A stretch of 64,000 bases of DNA from Spirochaetia bacterium (lineage in GTDB: Bacteria > Spirochaetota > Spirochaetia > UBA9216), in NCBI GenBank assembly GCA_963677925.2, contig CAXXYH010000004.1:192001-256000 (forward strand), written 5' to 3'. This document shows positions 49,979 through 60,210 of this stretch, one piece after another (positions within the stretch are counted from its first letter, which is position 1; every line of letters starts with the position of its first letter). The notes under the pieces are model-generated. The model was not told where the DNA came from and did no database searches. It saw only the letters and a program-made list of their open reading frames with translations. Made by a program: the position numbers and the translations under genes.

Positions 49979-52147
49979 ATGGGTCTCAGACATAAGTATA
50001 ACATGATTCTTGAATTCAGCAGCCTGGACTGGAATTTCGAAGCTCCCGGAGATATTAATGATTTTCTGCAGACGACGGGGAACCTGATCAGCAATCATAT
50101 GCAGACGAACCTCTGTCATATATACCTCTGGGACGACAGCCTGAGCCAGCTGATTTTTCATGAAGACACGCCTCAGGATATTATCAGTTTCTGTTCTGAA
50201 ATAAATGATTTTCAAAATACACAATATGCTGATAAGGGCAGAAAAATGATGTGCCACCCAATCCTGCGCGGACCGCAGATTCTGGGTGTCATTTTTCTAA
50301 ACAGAAACAGAAAACCTTTTACAATGGTAGATGAAAGGATAATTAAACTCCTTTCACAGCAGCTTGGAAATATTATTGAAACAGCCAGAAGAATATCTAC
50401 CGAAAAAATTTCCGGCAGCATTGAAACCGGTGAGGGAACCCTTGAATTCAACAGGCAGATACTTATGCAGGGCGTCGGAGCTTCCCCCGGCATGGCACTG
50501 GGCTTAAGTTATACACTTGATAGAAAACGGCGATTCAATGAACTGCAGAGAACCCGTTTCAAAAAGAAATACAGCCTTGATGAACTTGACAATGCAATTT
50601 CGGCAACGAAAGAACAGATAAAAAAGCTGCAGCAGAAGGTTGAAACAAGACTTTCCGATGATGCCGCCCTTATTTTTACATCGCATCTGCTTATTCTGGA
50701 TGATTCAGGATTCAGAAAAGAGATAAGCAGCATGGTCTACACCGGCATCAATCCCCCGGCAGCCCTTTTATCAGTAGCCAATAAATACATCAATGTATTT
50801 TCAGCAAGCGACAACCCGCTTGTACAGGAAAAAGCTGATGATATGGAAGATCTGGTGTTCAGAATCATTGCAAACCTGATTGGAGAGAAAACATCAACTT
50901 TTTCTGCCGACGGAAGGATTATCATCGCAAGATCAATTTATCCTTCAGACATACTTGCACTTGCATCTGAGAACTGCACAGGAATCATGCTTGTTTCAGG
51001 CGGAGTTACAGCCCATATATCCATTCTTGCTCAGTCACTTAAATTACCCCTTGTTATTATTGATTTCAACGACATCCTGAGAACAAGCAAACCTGTTCCC
51101 ATTGCAATTGACGGAACTACCGGTAGAATATGCATTAATCCTGAGCAGGATCTGGTTGAGGAATTTCACGAGGTTCAAAGAACTGAACGTCAGCAGAAAA
51201 AAAACATGTCCCTCAAGCAGGAAACCCTGACAAGAGACGGTGCAAGAATCAAACTGCTCAGCAATATTAACCTTATTTCAGATCTTGAAGAAGCCATGGC
51301 CATTGATGCAGAAGGAATAGGTCTGTACCGTACTGAATACCAGTTTCTGCTTAGAAACAATTTTCCCACCGAAAATGAGCAGTACAGGATATACAAACAG
51401 ATAATAGATCTGTCTGACGGCCGACCGGTAACATTCAGGACTCTGGATGCAGGCGGCGACAAGGTTCTCTCATACTACGGCGGACATAAGGAAGACAACC
51501 CCTTTTTAGGTCTCCGCTCAATACGCTTCAGCCTTCAGAACCCTGTAATATTCAATCAGCAAATCAGGGCAATTCTAAGGGCTGCCGGCAGTAGAAAGAT
51601 TAAAATCATGTTCCCGATGATTTCAACGCTTGAAGAGCTTAGAACAGCAAAGAGTATGGTTATAGAAAACTACCGTCAGCTTTCAGATCAGGGGCTGAAA
51701 ATTGAGATGCCCGAAATCGGCGCGATGATTGAAATCCCGTCTCTTCTTGTCATGATCGACCATGTATGTGAGGAGGTTGATTTTCTGTCGATTGGAACCA
51801 ATGATTTTATTCAGTATATGCTGGCCGTCGATCGCAACAATGAGAAACTGAGCAGCTATTATAATCCTCATAACCCTTCAGTGCTCAGAGGCCTGAAAAT
51901 AATTGCCGATGCCTGTAATAAGTATAATATCGACCTGACAGTCTGCGGGGAGATGGCACACCAGAAAGAATACCTTCCATTTCTCCTCGGTATCGGAATA
52001 AGAAGCCTGAGCGTTTCCACAGGCTTCCTCAAGGAAACACAGGAGACTATTTCAGGAATAAGCACGGCGGAGGCTGTAAAGACGGCAGAGAAGAGCCTTG
52101 AGTGCAGCTCCCTCTATGAGATTGAGCAGATACTTGGAATAGTATAA
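49979..52147 (+). CDS. ptsP: GAF-domain PEP-protein phosphotransferase (enzyme I-Ntr-like)
   Basis: N-terminal GAF-like region, GGVTAH (phospho-His), GLYRTE, RTLDAGGDK, SIGTND, CGEMA. Confidence 0.9.
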   Translation: MGLRHKYNMILEFSSLDWNFEAPGDINDFLQTTGNLISNHMQTNLCHIYLWDDSLSQLIFHEDTPQDIISFCSEINDFQNTQYADKGRKMMCHPILRGPQILGVIFLNRNRKPFTMVDERIIKLLSQQLGNIIETARRISTEKISGSIETGEGTLEFNRQILMQGVGASPGMALGLSYTLDRKRRFNELQRTRFKKKYSLDELDNAISATKEQIKKLQQKVETRLSDDAALIFTSHLLILDDSGFRKEISSMVYTGINPPAALLSVANKYINVFSASDNPLVQEKADDMEDLVFRIIANLIGEKTSTFSADGRIIIARSIYPSDILALASENCTGIMLVSGGVTAHISILAQSLKLPLVIIDFNDILRTSKPVPIAIDGTTGRICINPEQDLVEEFHEVQRTERQQKKNMSLKQETLTRDGARIKLLSNINLISDLEEAMAIDAEGIGLYRTEYQFLLRNNFPTENEQYRIYKQIIDLSDGRPVTFRTLDAGGDKVLSYYGGHKEDNPFLGLRSIRFSLQNPVIFNQQIRAILRAAGSRKIKIMFPMISTLEELRTAKSMVIENYRQLSDQGLKIEMPEIGAMIEIPSLLVMIDHVCEEVDFLSIGTNDFIQYMLAVDRNNEKLSSYYNPHNPSVLRGLKIIADACNKYNIDLTVCGEMAHQKEYLPFLLGIGIRSLSVSTGFLKETQETISGISTAEAVKTAEKSLECSSLYEIEQILGIV

Positions 52148-52156
52148 ACTTTCTGC

Positions 52157-52579
52157 ATGAACATTATTCAGAAAGAGATACAGCTGCGTCCTGTAAGACG
52201 CGGATTTCATCTGGTAACCTCGGAAATAGAGTCGGCTATCCCTGAACTTAGAACAGTAAAAAAAGGCATTGCATTTCTTCATATAAAGCATACATCGGCA
52301 TCGCTTACTCTAAACGAGAATGCAGATCCAGATGTCAGAGCAGATATGGAATCCATATTCAATCATATGGTACCTGAATCACAGTCATACTATGTACACA
52401 CTTTCGAAGGCGCTGACGACATGCCGGCACATGCGAAAAGTTCACTGCTTGGCGCGGGACTTACAATTCATATTACTGACGGAAGGTTCAACCTGGGAAC
52501 ATGGCAGGGAATATATCTCTGCGAACACCGCAATAACGGCGGCGCCCGCAGAATGGTAATAACAGTTATCGGGGAATAA
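52157..52579 (+). CDS. yjbQ: YjbQ/UPF0047 protein
   Basis: HTSASL, ENADPDVR, DDMPAH, LGTWQGIY. Confidence 0.95.
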   Translation: MNIIQKEIQLRPVRRGFHLVTSEIESAIPELRTVKKGIAFLHIKHTSASLTLNENADPDVRADMESIFNHMVPESQSYYVHTFEGADDMPAHAKSSLLGAGLTIHITDGRFNLGTWQGIYLCEHRNNGGARRMVITVIGE

Positions 52580-52590
52580 AACCGACAATG

Positions 52591-55101
52591 CTAAATAAAC
52601 AGGTTTACATTTGAATCTTCGGCGGCATCAAGGTAGGCGGCAACACCTCCAAGTTCAATACCGTCGACCAGTTCATCAGCTTTAATTCCCATAAGGTCCA
52701 TACTCATATTGCAGGCAATAAGCTTTGCGCCGCCGTCTACGGCCTGCTGAATAAGATCCTGAAGAAGTGGAACATTGTGCTTTTTCATAAGTCCCTTGAT
52801 CATGGCAGGCCCCATACCGCCCATATTCATATTAGACAGCTTAAGCCTCTTTGCCCCGCGCGGCATCATGGCGCCGAACATTCTGCTTATAAAATCCTTC
52901 TTAACGGCAACCTTTTCATGCTTCCTTATAACATTCAAACCCCAGAAGGTGAAAAACATCGTAACCTTCCGGCCCATGGCAAGGGCTCCGTTGGCAATAA
53001 TGAAGGAAGCGATAGCCTTATCGAGATCGCCGCTGAAGCAGACCATCGTTTTGTCGTCGGCAGCTTTCTGCACTGAAGTTACCACTCCTGTGCTCATTGC
53101 GGAGACGGAATTTTCAAGATCACCCTTTCTGATTCTGGCAACAAATTCCTTGTCTTTTTTCTCTATATTCAAAAGAGTATTTCCGGTACGCTTGCACCAG
53201 GATGCAATATCAGATTTAAAGCCCGGGTCGGTAACATGGACTTCAAGCACATCACCTTCTGCCATTTCACCCATCCGTTCGTATACCTTCTTAATAGGGC
53301 CGGGACAGGAAAGACCACAGGCATCAACTGTAATTATATTTCCCTTATGCATATCGGCCATCTTTGCAGCAACCTCTTTGAGATTGACTGTTTTAAGACC
53401 CGCATCGGCAACTCCGCATGAATCAGACTTATTCCACATAGCAGGCTGCCAGGTTCCGAAACCGCCGGCCAGGTTTTTTACATTTTCAAAACCGTGCTGT
53501 TTCATCATACGGGCTGCGATATAGCCTCGAAGGCCCTGGGCACAGTAAATGATGTACTGCTTACTCTTATCAAGCTCACCGAGTCTTTCACGCAGCTGCG
53601 GAAGAGGCAAGAGAGTAGAACCCGGAATTGCTCCAAGTTCAAATTCTTCCTTATCGCGGACATCAAGGAGAACAGCAGTCTCATTATCCTTAAGTTCATT
53701 CCACTGAACCATATCTATATATCCGTTAAGAATATTTTCCGCAACAAAGCCTGCCATGTTAACAGGGTCTTTTGCAGATGAATAGGGAGGGGCATAAGCC
53801 AGTTCAAGGTCAGTCAGGACATCAACGGTTCCGCCCATACGGATCACAGTTGCAATAACATCTACACGTTTATCTACACCCTCCCAGCCTACAAGCTGGG
53901 CTCCGATGATTTTCCTTGTCTGTGGATCGAAAATCATCTTCATTGACAGAGGAAGCGCTCCGGGGTAGTAGCTTGCATGTGACTTGGAATGGGTCATTGT
54001 AAAAAGGTAGTCCTTGCCATATTCTTTTCCGGCGGCCTTAAGCTGCTTTTCATTCATACCCGTCGCCGCTACTGTGATATCAAATATCTTTACAATACTT
54101 GTACCCTGGGTGCCGCGGTATGATTCATTTCCGCCTAGAACATTAGCAGCCGCCATCCTTCCCTGCCGGTTAGCGGGCCCCGCGAGGGGCACCATAGTCT
54201 GCTCACCGGTCATATAGTCTTTGATTTCAACAGCGTCTCCGACTGCATATATATCAGGATCAGAGCTCAGCATGTTCTGATCAACAACTATTCCTTTACG
54301 TTTATTGAGGGTAAGGCCTGCAGCTTCTGCAAGTTCAGTCTGCGGCCGAACTCCGATTGCAAGAATTACCATGTCAGTTTCAAGCTTGACTCCGTCTTCC
54401 ATAACAACAGCGACTCGGCGCGGATCATCTGTATCTTCAAAACCCTTAACAGGACTTCCAAGATGCAGATCAACCCCCTCCTCATCAAGATGTCTGTGTA
54501 CAACCTGAGCCATCTCAAAATCAAGCGGCATCATTACCTGGTCTGCTGCTTCAACAAGGGTAACGTGAACGCCCCTTTCAGCAAAGTTTTCTGCAACTTC
54601 AAGACCAATAAAGCCTCCGCCGACAACTACAGCTCTGCAGACCTCTTTCTCTTCCATATATGCCTTGATGCGGTCAAGGTCGGGAATTGTCCACAGTGTA
54701 AAAATCTGTTCTTTGTCTATTCCGGGAATAGGGGGAGTAATGGGCTTTGAGCCTGGAGAGAGAATCATTCTGTCGTATGATTCTTCATACTCTTCAATTA
54801 GATTTCCGGACTTATCTGAGTGTCTTACGCTTACAGTTTTTTTATCGCGGTTAATTGATATAACCTCGCTGAATACTCTTACTTCAATATTGAATCTTTC
54901 TCTGAAACTTTCGGGAGTCTGAAGAAGCAGGTTCTCACGTTCAGAGATTATCCCGCTTATATTATAGGGGAGTCCGCAATTTGCAAACGAAATATACGGC
55001 CCCTTTTCGAACATAATTATTTCGGCGTGCTCATCAAGCCTCCTGAGTCTTGCCGCCGCACTTGCGCCGCCGGCAACTCCACCGATGATGACAACTTTCA
55101 T
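52591..55101 (-). CDS. CoA-disulfide reductase-rhodanese-TusA/SirA-DsrE fusion
   Basis: SFANCGLPY, YAPPYS, YCAQGLRG, CGLSCPGP, FFTFWG, ACNMSM. Confidence 0.92.
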   Translation of the reverse strand: MKVVIIGGVAGGASAAARLRRLDEHAEIIMFEKGPYISFANCGLPYNISGIISERENLLLQTPESFRERFNIEVRVFSEVISINRDKKTVSVRHSDKSGNLIEEYEESYDRMILSPGSKPITPPIPGIDKEQIFTLWTIPDLDRIKAYMEEKEVCRAVVVGGGFIGLEVAENFAERGVHVTLVEAADQVMMPLDFEMAQVVHRHLDEEGVDLHLGSPVKGFEDTDDPRRVAVVMEDGVKLETDMVILAIGVRPQTELAEAAGLTLNKRKGIVVDQNMLSSDPDIYAVGDAVEIKDYMTGEQTMVPLAGPANRQGRMAAANVLGGNESYRGTQGTSIVKIFDITVAATGMNEKQLKAAGKEYGKDYLFTMTHSKSHASYYPGALPLSMKMIFDPQTRKIIGAQLVGWEGVDKRVDVIATVIRMGGTVDVLTDLELAYAPPYSSAKDPVNMAGFVAENILNGYIDMVQWNELKDNETAVLLDVRDKEEFELGAIPGSTLLPLPQLRERLGELDKSKQYIIYCAQGLRGYIAARMMKQHGFENVKNLAGGFGTWQPAMWNKSDSCGVADAGLKTVNLKEVAAKMADMHKGNIITVDACGLSCPGPIKKVYERMGEMAEGDVLEVHVTDPGFKSDIASWCKRTGNTLLNIEKKDKEFVARIRKGDLENSVSAMSTGVVTSVQKAADDKTMVCFSGDLDKAIASFIIANGALAMGRKVTMFFTFWGLNVIRKHEKVAVKKDFISRMFGAMMPRGAKRLKLSNMNMGGMGPAMIKGLMKKHNVPLLQDLIQQAVDGGAKLIACNMSMDLMGIKADELVDGIELGGVAAYLDAAEDSNVNLFI

Positions 55102-55113
55102 ATGAATCCTCCT

Positions 55114-55174
55114 TTATCGATATATGTTGCATCTAATATATGGCGAGATTTATATACTGTCAAGTTATCGATAA
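55114..55174 (-). promoter_or_regulatory. Sigma-70 promoter with flanking palindromes
   Basis: TTGACA (55163-58)-17-TATATT (55140-35); TTATCGATA at 55114 and 55165; ATATAT-N10-ATATAT at 55120-55141. Confidence 0.6.
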
Positions 55175-55186
55175 AAAAAGTGATAT

Positions 55187-56344
55187 TTACTGTTTTTCTT
55201 CGATAAGATCAATTATGGTCATTGCAAGGTATCCGGCCGCACGGATCATCGCATCTTCTGCATCAGGTGTTTTACTTCCTTCAACAACATCCGTTGAGTG
55301 CCATGTAATTCCCGCCTCATGCGTTTTATAGAGCAGTGATAAAGCTGGAATACTGCGGCTTACATCACCAAAATCGGAAGAGGCCTCCCAGAGAGGCATT
55401 CGTTTAAGCTCTTCGCCGCATGTTGCCATATTTTTTTCAAGCAGACTGAATATCTTTTCATCGAAAAGAATCGGATTAACACTTGAATTCACAATAAACT
55501 CAAAGCCGCAGTTTGATGCAAGAGCTGAGCCTTCGGCTGCCTTTCGAATAAGCTTTTCAGTTTCTTCCAGGTCCTCAGGTTCAGAAGAACGTATCATAAC
55601 CTCCGCGCTACTATAATCGGGTATAACATTAAGAAGCTTCCCGCCTTCAGTTATTATACAATGAAGTTTTACTCCGGGCAAAAATTGTTGTCTCATTCGG
55701 CCAATTGAATTGTAGAACCCCACGACAGCGTCGAGAGCATTGCTGCCGTGCCAGGGATCGGCTGCAGCATGTGCTGTCTGTCCTGTAAAATTTACGCTGA
55801 AAGAGCGGTAGCCGAAATCCTTCAAAGCAACCCCGGTTTCTGTCCATGGATGGAATATAAGAGCATTTTCAATATCATTAAATGCACCCTTTTCCAGCAG
55901 TAGAGTTTTACCTGAAATCTTATCTATGACCTCTTCTGCGGGAGTACCGAAAAGACAGAAAGCAGCAGCAAGTTCCGGAAAATCAGGCATCAGCGTATTT
56001 TTTACTGCTATAGCGGCTGCAGCGGCCGCTGAGGCTATAAAATTATGTCCGCATCCGTGACCTATCCCCTCAAGTGCATCATATTCAGCAAGGACAGCAG
56101 TCTTCTTACCGGAAAAATCAGCTGATAAATCAGGATCAGCACGGAATGCTGTTTCTACATTACAGAGTGGAGCCTCGATTCGGAACCCTTTTTCTCTGAG
56201 AAAGCTGCTTATTTTAAATGCGGAACCTTTCTCAAGATAGGCTGTTTCCGGATGAGCAATAAGATAGCGGCTGAGTTCAAGTATCTCAGGCTTAAGCTTT
56301 TGTAGTTCATTGAGAACCTGCTGTTTCAGTTTTGTTAAGTTCAT
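55187..56344 (-). CDS. M20 amidohydrolase (AbgB/PM20D2-like)
   Basis: HPE, AEYDAL, GHGCGHN, GTPAEE, SSDFGDVS. Confidence 0.9.
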   Translation of the reverse strand: MNLTKLKQQVLNELQKLKPEILELSRYLIAHPETAYLEKGSAFKISSFLREKGFRIEAPLCNVETAFRADPDLSADFSGKKTAVLAEYDALEGIGHGCGHNFIASAAAAAAIAVKNTLMPDFPELAAAFCLFGTPAEEVIDKISGKTLLLEKGAFNDIENALIFHPWTETGVALKDFGYRSFSVNFTGQTAHAAADPWHGSNALDAVVGFYNSIGRMRQQFLPGVKLHCIITEGGKLLNVIPDYSSAEVMIRSSEPEDLEETEKLIRKAAEGSALASNCGFEFIVNSSVNPILFDEKIFSLLEKNMATCGEELKRMPLWEASSDFGDVSRSIPALSLLYKTHEAGITWHSTDVVEGSKTPDAEDAMIRAAGYLAMTIIDLIEEKQ

Positions 56345-56350
56345 TTTGCG

Positions 56351-58429
56351 TTACGCCTCTCTCTCAATTTTTACAAAGGTGCTGTGTGTTCTGGCTCCGC
56401 CTGACGGCATTGTTGGTTCAGAAGAAGTAAGCATATTCGGACTGCCTGCAGTATCTGTACACATATCAGCAGAAATGTCCGGCCATGTTCCGGCCTCCAG
56501 ACAGAGGGTTCCGCTTATTATATCATCTGTAAGCCTTGCATTGATACGGATCTTTGCATCATTCCTGCTTAATATCACAGGCTCCCCTTCACTGATATTA
56601 AGTGCTGCAGCATCGGAAGAGTTAATTAAAAGACCGGAGTTCCGGTCTGTCATTGACGGAACATTAGCAAACTGGGAATTTATCTTTAAAAAACTGTGGG
56701 GTGTTATTAATGAGAACATGCCTTCTTCTTTAAAATTTGTATACACAGGGAAGGGTGAACCTCCCGCTTTTTCATATGGAGCACTGCATATTTCGATCTT
56801 TCCGGATGGAGTCTGCAGCGGATTAGCCTCAGGGTCTTTAACAAATTCAGAAAGTCCTACCCTCTCATGTTCATTTCCGTAGAAAATTCCTCTGCTCATA
56901 AATTCCTCAGGATCGCTTATTTCAGAATTTTGCATAAAATGGCGGAGCCATCCGGTTTCATCCCGGCCCCCGGTGAATTCTTCCTTGAATCCAAGCCTTT
57001 CAGATAAAAGAGTAAATATTTCATAATCTGTTTTTACTCCTGAAGGAGGTTCAACAGCCTTTGCTGAATAGAGTAAAAAGTTACCTTCAGGAAACACAAT
57101 ATCTGATCTTTCAGTAAAATCAGCAGCAGGAAGTACCACTGAACTTTCAGCAGCAGTGGGAGTCATAAAAAGATCATGAGTAACAGAAAAATCGAGACTC
57201 TTAAAAGCCCGCCTGCTGAGAAGAGTATCCGCCCCCTGAACCAGATAGTTTCCGCCGCAATTATATGCAGCCCTTATCGGCGGAGACAGTGAACCATCGA
57301 GTATCCGGTCGGCCCAGGTATAAACCGGAATAAGCCTTTTGCGGATCGGCTGAGCAGCAGCGGTGTAGTCTTCCGGAAGCTGACCGAGCTTTCCGCAACG
57401 CGAATGAGGCATAGGGCCCCAGATGTTTGCACCGCTTGAACCGCCTTTGATACCGGTGTTACCGGTCACGGACTGAAGAACCATCGCCATCCTTGCAGCA
57501 TCCTCACCGCCAAGAGTCCTTTGTATTGATAAACCGGGAATAAGCGCAACGGGGTGTGATTGTGAGTAAGCATCAACAATCCTGATTATATCAGAGGCTT
57601 CTGTACCGCAGATATCTGATGCCCACCGGGCGTTTTTTACAGGAGCCCGGTTCAGCCAGTCATTGAACTCCTCAAAACCGCTGCAGTATCTTTCAATAAA
57701 TCCATAATTGAGGGCGCCTCTTTTATCAAGCTCATAGATCACAGCAGCCATCATTGCAGAGTCAGTCCCGGGCTTTATACGAACCCATTCAGCATCAAGG
57801 CTGCGGACTGTTCTGCTTTTTCTGGGATCTACAACTATAATTCTGACGCCACGACTTCTGGCCTCTTTGAGTCTGCTCAAAAGAGCCGGTCCGAATCTGG
57901 TTTCAGCTATATTCGCACCCCAGAGAATGATAAGTTCCGAATAAGCAAGTGTGCCGGCATCGATTGCCGCGTTTGAGGTTCCGTAGACAAAAGGAGTTGC
58001 AAAACTGACAGCTGCTGAACTGTATGAGCCGGTTGTTTCTGTATAGCCGCCGAACAGGTTGAGAAAGCGTTTCGAAAGGGTTGATGTATTATGGAGAGCT
58101 CCCCTGCAGGAACCGCTTCCCCCAAGCCTTACAACGGCCTCCGGACCGAAGGTTTCCTTGATTTCAAGCAGTTTTTCGACAGTAAAATCAAGGGCGGCAT
58201 CCCAGCTGCATTCTTTCAATACCGCATCTGGACCTGTTCTCATCAGAGGCTTAAGAAGCCTTTCGGGATGATAGGTCAGCTTTGCAGCATTATATCCGCG
58301 GGCACAGCCTTTCATCCATTGTGTTTTCAGCGGATTGTCGGTGATTTTTGTAATTCGGCCGCCGATAACTTCCGCAATAAGCGGGCAGCCTCCGCCGCAG
58401 TCTTTATTGCAGCTGACAGGTATTCTCAT
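56351..58429 (-). CDS. Molybdopterin (Mo/W-bisPGD) oxidoreductase, DMSO reductase family, cytoplasmic
   Basis: CNKDCGGGC...C Fe-S motif, SYS putative Ser ligand, FMTPTA, TPSGKIE; start ATG 58429; no Tat signal. Confidence 0.9.
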   Translation of the reverse strand: MRIPVSCNKDCGGGCPLIAEVIGGRITKITDNPLKTQWMKGCARGYNAAKLTYHPERLLKPLMRTGPDAVLKECSWDAALDFTVEKLLEIKETFGPEAVVRLGGSGSCRGALHNTSTLSKRFLNLFGGYTETTGSYSSAAVSFATPFVYGTSNAAIDAGTLAYSELIILWGANIAETRFGPALLSRLKEARSRGVRIIVVDPRKSRTVRSLDAEWVRIKPGTDSAMMAAVIYELDKRGALNYGFIERYCSGFEEFNDWLNRAPVKNARWASDICGTEASDIIRIVDAYSQSHPVALIPGLSIQRTLGGEDAARMAMVLQSVTGNTGIKGGSSGANIWGPMPHSRCGKLGQLPEDYTAAAQPIRKRLIPVYTWADRILDGSLSPPIRAAYNCGGNYLVQGADTLLSRRAFKSLDFSVTHDLFMTPTAAESSVVLPAADFTERSDIVFPEGNFLLYSAKAVEPPSGVKTDYEIFTLLSERLGFKEEFTGGRDETGWLRHFMQNSEISDPEEFMSRGIFYGNEHERVGLSEFVKDPEANPLQTPSGKIEICSAPYEKAGGSPFPVYTNFKEEGMFSLITPHSFLKINSQFANVPSMTDRNSGLLINSSDAAALNISEGEPVILSRNDAKIRINARLTDDIISGTLCLEAGTWPDISADMCTDTAGSPNMLTSSEPTMPSGGARTHSTFVKIEREA

Positions 58430-58445
58430 ACTTAAAAAAATATAA

Positions 58446-58485
58446 AAAAACCGGTGTCTTTTCAACGGAGAAGACACCGGTTTTT
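58446..58485. terminator. Intrinsic terminator, overlapping the next gene's promoter
   Basis: AAAAACCGGTGTCTT / AAGACACCGGTTTTT. Confidence 0.85.
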
Positions 58486-58506
58486 CAGTGGATTATAGTA
58501 TGAAAA

Positions 58507-59961
58507 TCAATCAAATCGGATGGCAGCCTCTATTGTAGCTCCGAAATCTGAATATCCTACTCTTGCACCATTTGCCTTTACAAATGCAGCGGCAGAGAGT
58601 TCAAATATCAGAAGGTCAAAGGAAGCTCCAGCACTCAGGTAACCTGAATTATATCCAGCCATTACACCGATAAAATTAAAGAGTTCAGCATAGGCACCGG
58701 CGTGGATGACTGAAAGATAATCAAAATAATCACCGTTTATCAGGGCGGCGATTCCTGTATACATATTATCAAGTTCAGCATTGATTCCAAGAGCAAACCA
58801 GTCGCCGAGGTTGATATCAAATGCTGCGCCGAAAGTTACATCCATAGGTATTTTATAAACAGTATTTGTAGAGGTGCTTGAATCACTCACAAGGCCGAAG
58901 CTTTCAATTACAGAACCTATTGATGTTTCAGTAAAATGCATCTTTGTGCCAAACAGGTCGGTAACAGTCAGACCAAGCTTCAAGGGGCCGAGTTTCATTA
59001 TTGTTCCGAGGTCGAGACCGACTCCCCAGCCTGAATATGCGGAATAGGCATTCATGACAGAGGCCATATCAACAGCATCACCCATCAAATCAATCACCTG
59101 TGAACCTGAAACGGGTACGTAGACCTTGTACATCGGCCGTAAATCTGCTCCGATATACAGGAAGTCAGGCAGAACCTCAAATGAGTAACCGCCGGTAAAG
59201 GTCGCTGTAGTATCGGCCCAGCCTGTAGCGCCTAGGATTGTAGCACCTTTCATATAAATGTCTGAATTGAGGTTAAGACCGAAACCCCAGCCTTTGCCGA
59301 CTATACCAAGCAAACCGAAGTTTGCGCCGAGCCTGAAGTTTCCTGAAGGAAGGGCTGTAAGATCCTCTCCTGTGACATCTTCAATTACAAGGGTAGCAAG
59401 GTTAACTGTATTGGCAGCAAGTGCAGGATCGTCTAAAAGTGTTTCGGGATTCTCAACTATAGATTCAGGGTCATCAATAATTGCCTCAACCCCTAAATCT
59501 GCAAGGAGTGCATCTACACTGTCATAAGAGTCCAGATCATCTACTTCAAATCCGGCTTCCTGCAGAAGCGTTCCCATACTCTCAACATCCTGTTCTGCAG
59601 CCCAGGCTTCTACATCTGCAGGTTCAATGGCAGCAAGAGTCTCAGTTAACTGGGTCTGAGTATCAGCAATATATGCTTCCGGATTAGAGGCAAAATCGAT
59701 TAAGGACTGATCGAAAAAACCCCAGACGTTGGCGCTTGTAAGAGTAAATGAGCCGTCTTCCATTGCAAATCCGGCCGGATTCTTGAAAAGTGAGTTATAT
59801 CCGGAGGCGTTGGCAGTAAAAGAACCGCCCTGTCCGGAAACCTGCGGATTAACAGGAACTGCGGATGGGATATCTACAACTGTGGTATCGGTCTGAGCAA
59901 AAAGCAGCATTCCGGGAACCAGTACATTTATTAATATGAATAATAACAGTAAGCGTTTCAT
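58507..59961 (-). CDS. Outer-membrane beta-barrel protein (FadL/TraF/PorV-like)
   Basis: Signal peptide, GQGGSFTA...SLFKNPAG N-terminal motif, GVGLDLG, C-terminal IRFD. Confidence 0.7.
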   Translation of the reverse strand: MKRLLLLFILINVLVPGMLLFAQTDTTVVDIPSAVPVNPQVSGQGGSFTANASGYNSLFKNPAGFAMEDGSFTLTSANVWGFFDQSLIDFASNPEAYIADTQTQLTETLAAIEPADVEAWAAEQDVESMGTLLQEAGFEVDDLDSYDSVDALLADLGVEAIIDDPESIVENPETLLDDPALAANTVNLATLVIEDVTGEDLTALPSGNFRLGANFGLLGIVGKGWGFGLNLNSDIYMKGATILGATGWADTTATFTGGYSFEVLPDFLYIGADLRPMYKVYVPVSGSQVIDLMGDAVDMASVMNAYSAYSGWGVGLDLGTIMKLGPLKLGLTVTDLFGTKMHFTETSIGSVIESFGLVSDSSTSTNTVYKIPMDVTFGAAFDINLGDWFALGINAELDNMYTGIAALINGDYFDYLSVIHAGAYAELFNFIGVMAGYNSGYLSAGASFDLLIFELSAAAFVKANGARVGYSDFGATIEAAIRFD

Positions 59962-60084
59962 GGCTTCCTCCCTAAATAGTTTCTCCCAGTACTTCTAATG
60001 ATATCGCATTTTACATGCCAAAAAAAGATTATTCTTACAAAAAAAATCAATTTTTTAAATCACTGTTATATAAGAAATTAAATT

Positions 60085-60126
60085 TCTGCTTTTTCTGGTA
60101 TATATATTAATACCAGAAAAAGCAGA
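60085..60126. repeat. Perfect 17-bp inverted repeat in a divergent intergenic region
   Basis: TCTGCTTTTTCTGGTAT-N8-ATACCAGAAAAAGCAGA. Confidence 0.85.
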
Positions 60127-60210
60127 TAACTGTATGTTTTTTAATACAGGTCTTCTTAAATTTGTATTATATTGCAACTTTACTTTCCAGCTGATAATAT
60201 ATCCCCGTCT

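Noticed and set aside
49651-50257. Minus-strand ORFs of 95 and 157 aa
   Set aside because: They overlap well-supported plus-strand genes and have no motifs.
52775-53524. 249-aa plus-strand ORF
   Set aside because: Antisense shadow of the CoA-disulfide reductase fusion.
56310-56882. 190-aa plus-strand ORF
   Set aside because: Antisense shadow of the molybdopterin oxidoreductase.
56351-58429. Selenocysteine readthrough in the Mo enzyme
   Set aside because: The ORF is uninterrupted and has Ser at the likely ligand position.
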